This document shows positions 46,696-50,734 of a stretch of 50,734 bases of DNA, piece after piece. The stretch spans positions 1 through 50,734 of the forward strand of contig CAWUTX010000015.1 in assembly GCA_963925015.1 (NCBI GenBank), read 5' to 3'. The first letter of the stretch is position 1, and each line of letters starts with the position of its first letter. The position numbers were made by a program, and so were the translations under genes. The DNA is from an uncultured Gammaproteobacteria bacterium (GTDB taxonomy: Bacteria; Pseudomonadota; Gammaproteobacteria; SURF-13). Below the pieces are notes generated by a model, which ran no database searches, had not been told where the DNA came from, and saw nothing but the letters and a program-made list of their open reading frames with translations.

Positions 46696-46704
46696 AATAC
46701 TATT

Positions 46705-49353
46705 CTATTTATGTAAATCAATATAGCGCAGAATGGTTGTTTGCAGATGCGCTTGCTGATCGTTGTTCAGCGCTGTGTTTTCACGATTGGTGATGTAGAA
46801 AATATCTTCTGCGCGCGCGCCGAGGGTGGTGATCTTGGCGTTCTGCAGGCGCACGCCGCATTCCATGAAGGCGCGGCCCACAGAGGAGAGCAGGCCGGGC
46901 CGGTCTGCGCTGATGACTTCGAGTACTGTGCGCTGATTGCGTGCATCGTCGGTGTAGGTGATCCGGGTGGGCACATTGAAGTGCTTGATCTGGCTGCGCG
47001 TACGGCGTGAGACGGGGGTGATTGCGCCTTGCGCCAGCGTGTGTTCAATCGCGCTTACGATCTCCTGCATGCGCTGTGGCTGCGTCACCGGGGCGCCGGA
47101 CTCTTCCAGTACGTGGTAGGTGTCCAGGGTGTAGCCGTTCTGCGCCGTGATGATGCGCGCATCGACGATGGTCAGCGCCATCTGGTCGAGCGCGGCGGTG
47201 GTGAGTGCAAACAAACGATCCTGATCGCGCGTGTAGAGAAACAGTTCAGTGCCGCGTTGATCGTTGTGGCGTATCAGCAGCAGCGGGGCATCGGTCGCAC
47301 CTGTGCGCACCACGGCCTCGGTATGCCAGGCGATTTCGTCGGCCTCGTGGCGCAGAAAATAATCATCGCCGAGGTCGCGCCAGAAGTCAGTTGTCGCGTC
47401 TTCACTCACGGCCTGTGTGTGGAGTAAAGCACGCGCCTCGGCTTGCGTTGCGCGGATGCGTTCGGTCTGGTCGATGGGGTTTTCCAGCCCGCGCCGCAAT
47501 GCACCCGAGACAGCGCGGTAAAGCTCGCTCAGCAGTGCACCCTTCCAACTGTTCCAGAGCGTGGGATTGGTGGCGCGGATATCGGCCACCGTCAGCAGAT
47601 ACAGATAATCGAGATGGGCGCCGTCGCGAACTACGGACGCAAAGCGGGTGATCACTTCGGGGTCGTTGATGTCCTCGCGTTGCGCGGTACGTGACAACAC
47701 CAGATGATGCTGAACCAGCCACGCCACCACGCGCGCGTCGTATGCGCTCATGCCGTGGTGCAGACAGAACGTGAGCGCCTCATCGGCGCCGAGTGCGGAG
47801 TGGTCGCCGCCGCGTCCTTTGGCGATGTCGTGAAACAGGCCGGCGAGATACAGGATTTCGGGTTTCGGCAGGCGTTGGAAAATTTCGCTGCACAGAGGAA
47901 ATTCGTGAGCAAATTCCGGCAGTGAAAAGCGCCGCAAGTTACGCATCAGAAACAAGGTGTGTTCGTCCACAGTATAGACGTGAAACAAATCGTGCTGCAT
48001 CTGCCCTTCGATCTCGCCGAAGGCGGGAATATACGCCCCCAAAACACCATAACGGTGCATGCGCCGCAGTTCGTGCAGGATGCCTTGCGGCTGGCGCAGC
48101 AATTCTATGAGCAGCATGCGGCAACGCAGGTCGGCGCGGAACGCTGCGTCGATCAGATAGCGATGATCGCGGATCAGGCGGATGGTGGCGGCGCGCACGC
48201 CTTTGAGATTCGGCTGTTGTGCCAGCAGCAGGAAAATTTCCAGCATGGCAAACGGATAACGCTTGAAGACGTCCGGGTGTGTGGCCTCGATGACGTCGTT
48301 GCGTATCTGAAAGCGCTTGTTGAGCGGGATGGCTTCCTCGCTGTGATCGGCATAGAGAATACTCTCCTGAAAATGCTGCAACAGCATTTCGTTCAGGCGG
48401 CCGAGTTCCATCACGGTGCGGTAATAGAGCTTCATGAATTGTTCGACGGCGAGACGGTGTTCATCGGCGCGGTAACCGAACTGTTCGGCCAGTACGCGCT
48501 GATGGTCGAACAGCAAGCGGTCCTCACACCGTCCGGTGATAAGGTGGAGCGCAAAGCGGATGCGCCACAGAAATTCCCGGCCCTCGTTTAACAGGCCATA
48601 TTCGCTCTCCGTGAGAAACCCGTGCGCAACGAAATCGTGCAGATCGGTGGCGCCGAAGTGGCGCAACGTGATCCAGGCGATGGTCTGAATGTCGCGCAGA
48701 CCGCCGGGGCCATCCTTGATGTTGGGCTCCAGGTTGTAGGCGGTGTCGTGATATTTGTGATGACGCCGCGCCTGTTCGTCGTATTTGGCCTTGAAGAATT
48801 CCCGCAGCGGCCAGATTTTTTGCGGGCTAATGGCGTCACGCAGTTCTACGAACAAACGCGGCGGCCCCGCAAGCGAACGCGCCTCCATCAGATTGGTCAT
48901 GACGGTCACGTCCTGTGCGGCCTCATGCGCGCATTCCGCAACGGTGCGTACGCTGTGCGCGACGGCAAGGCCGGCATCCCACATCAACTGAATAAACTGT
49001 TCGATGCCGAGGCGGGTGAATGCCGCTGGCGCATAGTCAAGCAGAATGAGCAGGTCGATATCGGAACCGGGGTGCATCTCGCCGCGCCCGTAACCGCCGA
49101 CGGCAATCAGCCCGGTCGGCTCGGAGTCCGGCGGCATAAGGCTGCTCCAGGCGCGCAGTAACAACCGGTCGATGAACGCTGCGCGCGCATGCAGGAGGTG
49201 AACTACCGGGACGCCGGCATTAAAATTCTCGCGCAGTTTTTGATCCAGCCGTTTGAGCAGCGCGCGCAGTGAGGCAGGGGAGAGCTCAGCGCCAGCGAGG
49301 GTCTGCTCCATCTCAGCGTTGGTGAACAGTGTTTGCGCTGGGTGTGGATTCAT
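46705..49353 (-). CDS. glnD: [Protein-PII] uridylyltransferase
   Basis: AVGGYGRGE..P.SDIDL, HD domain HVYTVDEH/LFHDIAKG, two ACT domains; downstream of map. Confidence 0.98.
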   Translation of the reverse strand: MNPHPAQTLFTNAEMEQTLAGAELSPASLRALLKRLDQKLRENFNAGVPVVHLLHARAAFIDRLLLRAWSSLMPPDSEPTGLIAVGGYGRGEMHPGSDIDLLILLDYAPAAFTRLGIEQFIQLMWDAGLAVAHSVRTVAECAHEAAQDVTVMTNLMEARSLAGPPRLFVELRDAISPQKIWPLREFFKAKYDEQARRHHKYHDTAYNLEPNIKDGPGGLRDIQTIAWITLRHFGATDLHDFVAHGFLTESEYGLLNEGREFLWRIRFALHLITGRCEDRLLFDHQRVLAEQFGYRADEHRLAVEQFMKLYYRTVMELGRLNEMLLQHFQESILYADHSEEAIPLNKRFQIRNDVIEATHPDVFKRYPFAMLEIFLLLAQQPNLKGVRAATIRLIRDHRYLIDAAFRADLRCRMLLIELLRQPQGILHELRRMHRYGVLGAYIPAFGEIEGQMQHDLFHVYTVDEHTLFLMRNLRRFSLPEFAHEFPLCSEIFQRLPKPEILYLAGLFHDIAKGRGGDHSALGADEALTFCLHHGMSAYDARVVAWLVQHHLVLSRTAQREDINDPEVITRFASVVRDGAHLDYLYLLTVADIRATNPTLWNSWKGALLSELYRAVSGALRRGLENPIDQTERIRATQAEARALLHTQAVSEDATTDFWRDLGDDYFLRHEADEIAWHTEAVVRTGATDAPLLLIRHNDQRGTELFLYTRDQDRLFALTTAALDQMALTIVDARIITAQNGYTLDTYHVLEESGAPVTQPQRMQEIVSAIEHTLAQGAITPVSRRTRSQIKHFNVPTRITYTDDARNQRTVLEVISADRPGLLSSVGRAFMECGVRLQNAKITTLGARAEDIFYITNRENTALNNDQQAHLQTTILRYIDLHK

Positions 49354-49357
49354 CTCT

Positions 49358-49499
49358 AGGGCACCTCTAAAAATGCGTCTTTTACTTCAATACTGCATTA
49401 CAGCTTGTCTCCGCTGCTCACACACTAACTCGTATGCCCGCTGCTCGCCTGCGCTGCGCCTTGTCTTGAAGCAAAATCCATCATTTTTCGAGGTGCCCT
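49358..49499. mobile_element. MITE family B, copy 2 (142 bp)
   Basis: TIR agggcacctctaaaaatg / catttttcgaggtgccct (17/18); fills map-glnD spacer. Confidence 0.85.
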
Positions 49500-49506
49500 C
49501 TGCTGT

Positions 49507-50274
49507 TCAGAGATCGTCGCCCGGACGCCGGGTGAGCACCTCGAAGCCGGTGTCGGTGACGAGGACGGTGTGCTCCCATTGCGCCGAAAGACTGTGGTCT
49601 TTGGTGACTACGGTCCACTGATCCGGCAACAGCTTCACATGACGTTTGCCGGCGTTGATCATGGGCTCAATGGTGAAGGTCAGGCCCGGCTCCAGCATCA
49701 TGCCGGTGCCGGGGCTGCCGTAGTGCAGCACCTGCGGGTCTTCGTGAAACACGCGCCCGATGCCGTGACCGCAATATTCGCGCACCACCGAGCAGTGGTT
49801 TGCCTCAGCGTGGCTCTGGATGGCATGGCCGATGTCGCCCAGACGCACGCCGGGCTTCACCATTTCGATGCCGATGCACATGCCTTCGTAACTGATGCGT
49901 GTCACGCGCTTGGCAATCACCGACGGCTCACCGGCGAAAAACATCTTGCTGGTGTCGCCGTGGTACTCATCCTTGATGACGGTGATGTCGATGTTGACGA
50001 TGTCGCCGTCCTTCAATACGCGCTCGCCGGGTATGCCGTGGCACACCTGATGGTTTACCGAGGTGCAGATGGATTTGGGGAAGCCGTGGTAATTGAGCGG
50101 CGCGGGGGTCGCCTGCTGCACGTTGACGATATAGTCGTGGCAGATGCGATCAAGCTCGCCGGTGGTGATGCCGGGCCGCACGTGCGGGCGGATCATGTGC
50201 AGCACGTCGGCGGCGAGCCGGCCTGCGATGCGCATCTTTTCAATTTCGGCGGCGGTTTTGATGGTGACGGTCAT
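49507..50274 (-). CDS. map: Methionine aminopeptidase type I
   Basis: VCHGIP, YCGHGIG..FHE, TIEPMIN, SAQWEHT; start 50274. Confidence 0.98.
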   Translation of the reverse strand: MTVTIKTAAEIEKMRIAGRLAADVLHMIRPHVRPGITTGELDRICHDYIVNVQQATPAPLNYHGFPKSICTSVNHQVCHGIPGERVLKDGDIVNIDITVIKDEYHGDTSKMFFAGEPSVIAKRVTRISYEGMCIGIEMVKPGVRLGDIGHAIQSHAEANHCSVVREYCGHGIGRVFHEDPQVLHYGSPGTGMMLEPGLTFTIEPMINAGKRHVKLLPDQWTVVTKDHSLSAQWEHTVLVTDTGFEVLTRRPGDDL

Positions 50275-50311
50275 ATGGTTTCTGGTACAATAGCCGCGTT
50301 TTAATGAGCAG

Positions 50312-50422
50312 CACACTACACACATGCACCGTTATCCGGTCAGCGGGGTGCCATCTGGCGAATGCCAGGGGTTCGCTGCCGGGGCGCATGGAGGATCAAC
50401 CCAACCTTGAGGAGTATACAAC
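50312..50422 (+). promoter_or_regulatory. rpsB 5' leader (t44-like, S2 autoregulation)
   Basis: acacacatg...ggggtgcc...ggggtt...catggagg...aaccc pattern directly upstream of rpsB. Confidence 0.75.
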
Positions 50423-50734
50423 ATGGCAAATGTGACCATGCGTCAAATGCTGGAGGCCGGCGTACATTTCGGTCACCAGACCCGTTACTGGAATCCCAGG
50501 ATGGCGCCCTACATCTTCGGCCAGCGCAACAGAATACACATCATCAATCTCGAATCCACCCTGCCGCTGTACAACGACGCGATGAATTTCATCAGTCGCA
50601 TGGCGGCCAATCGCGGCACCATCCTGTTCGTGGCCACCAAGCGTGCGGCGCAGGAAATTATCGCCGAAGAAGCCAAGCGCTGTGGCATGCCGTATGTCGA
50701 TCAACGCTGGCTCGGCGGCATGCTCACCAACTTC
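50423..50734 (+). CDS. rpsB: 30S ribosomal protein S2 (partial, runs off window)
   Basis: [25 protein letters not shown]...[10 protein letters not shown]. Confidence 0.98.
   Translation, partial: MANVTMRQMLEAGVHFGHQTRYWNPRMAPYIFGQRNRIHIINLESTLPLYNDAMNFISRMAANRGTILFVATKRAAQEIIAEEAKRCGMPYVDQRWLGGMLTNF

Noticed and set aside
46470-46793. Track ORF 46470..46793 (+) as a gene
   Set aside because: It is antisense to the antitoxin-like frame and overlaps the glnD end; no protein motif

Overview
High-GC Gammaproteobacterial core-genome window (taxon inferred from gene content and order only). It holds the 3' end of tuf and the complete S10-spc-alpha ribosomal cluster (to 13735). A short decayed accessory patch follows: a di-haem cytochrome c peroxidase, a broken MgtC/SapB-DUF4010 gene and a broken REP-associated tyrosine transposase (RAYT). 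The rest is housekeeping: miaA-hfq-hflXKC-DUF2065-hisZ-purA, purMN, hda, two tRNA-Ser genes, csp/yaeQ/two ABC-F genes, mtgA, fbp, SRP RNA, dnaX-ybaB-recR, dapE-yffB-dapD-dapC, glnD-map and the start of rpsB. The unexplained signal is non-coding: several small palindromic element families fill intergenic spacers of core operons. The main one is a ~140-175 bp composite repeat in 4 copies. It has an inverted-repeat pair separated by exactly 30 nt in every copy, compensatory arm changes, a second GC hairpin and a third terminal copy of the arm. There are also two near-identical ~143 bp MITEs (one supplies the glnD Shine-Dalgarno), a related third element, GTAG-type REP-like hairpins and heptamer arrays. 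An unannotated orphan antitoxin with a toxin stub sits between glnD and dapC. No CRISPR, prophage or intact transposase was seen. No searches were run, so novelty is unverified.
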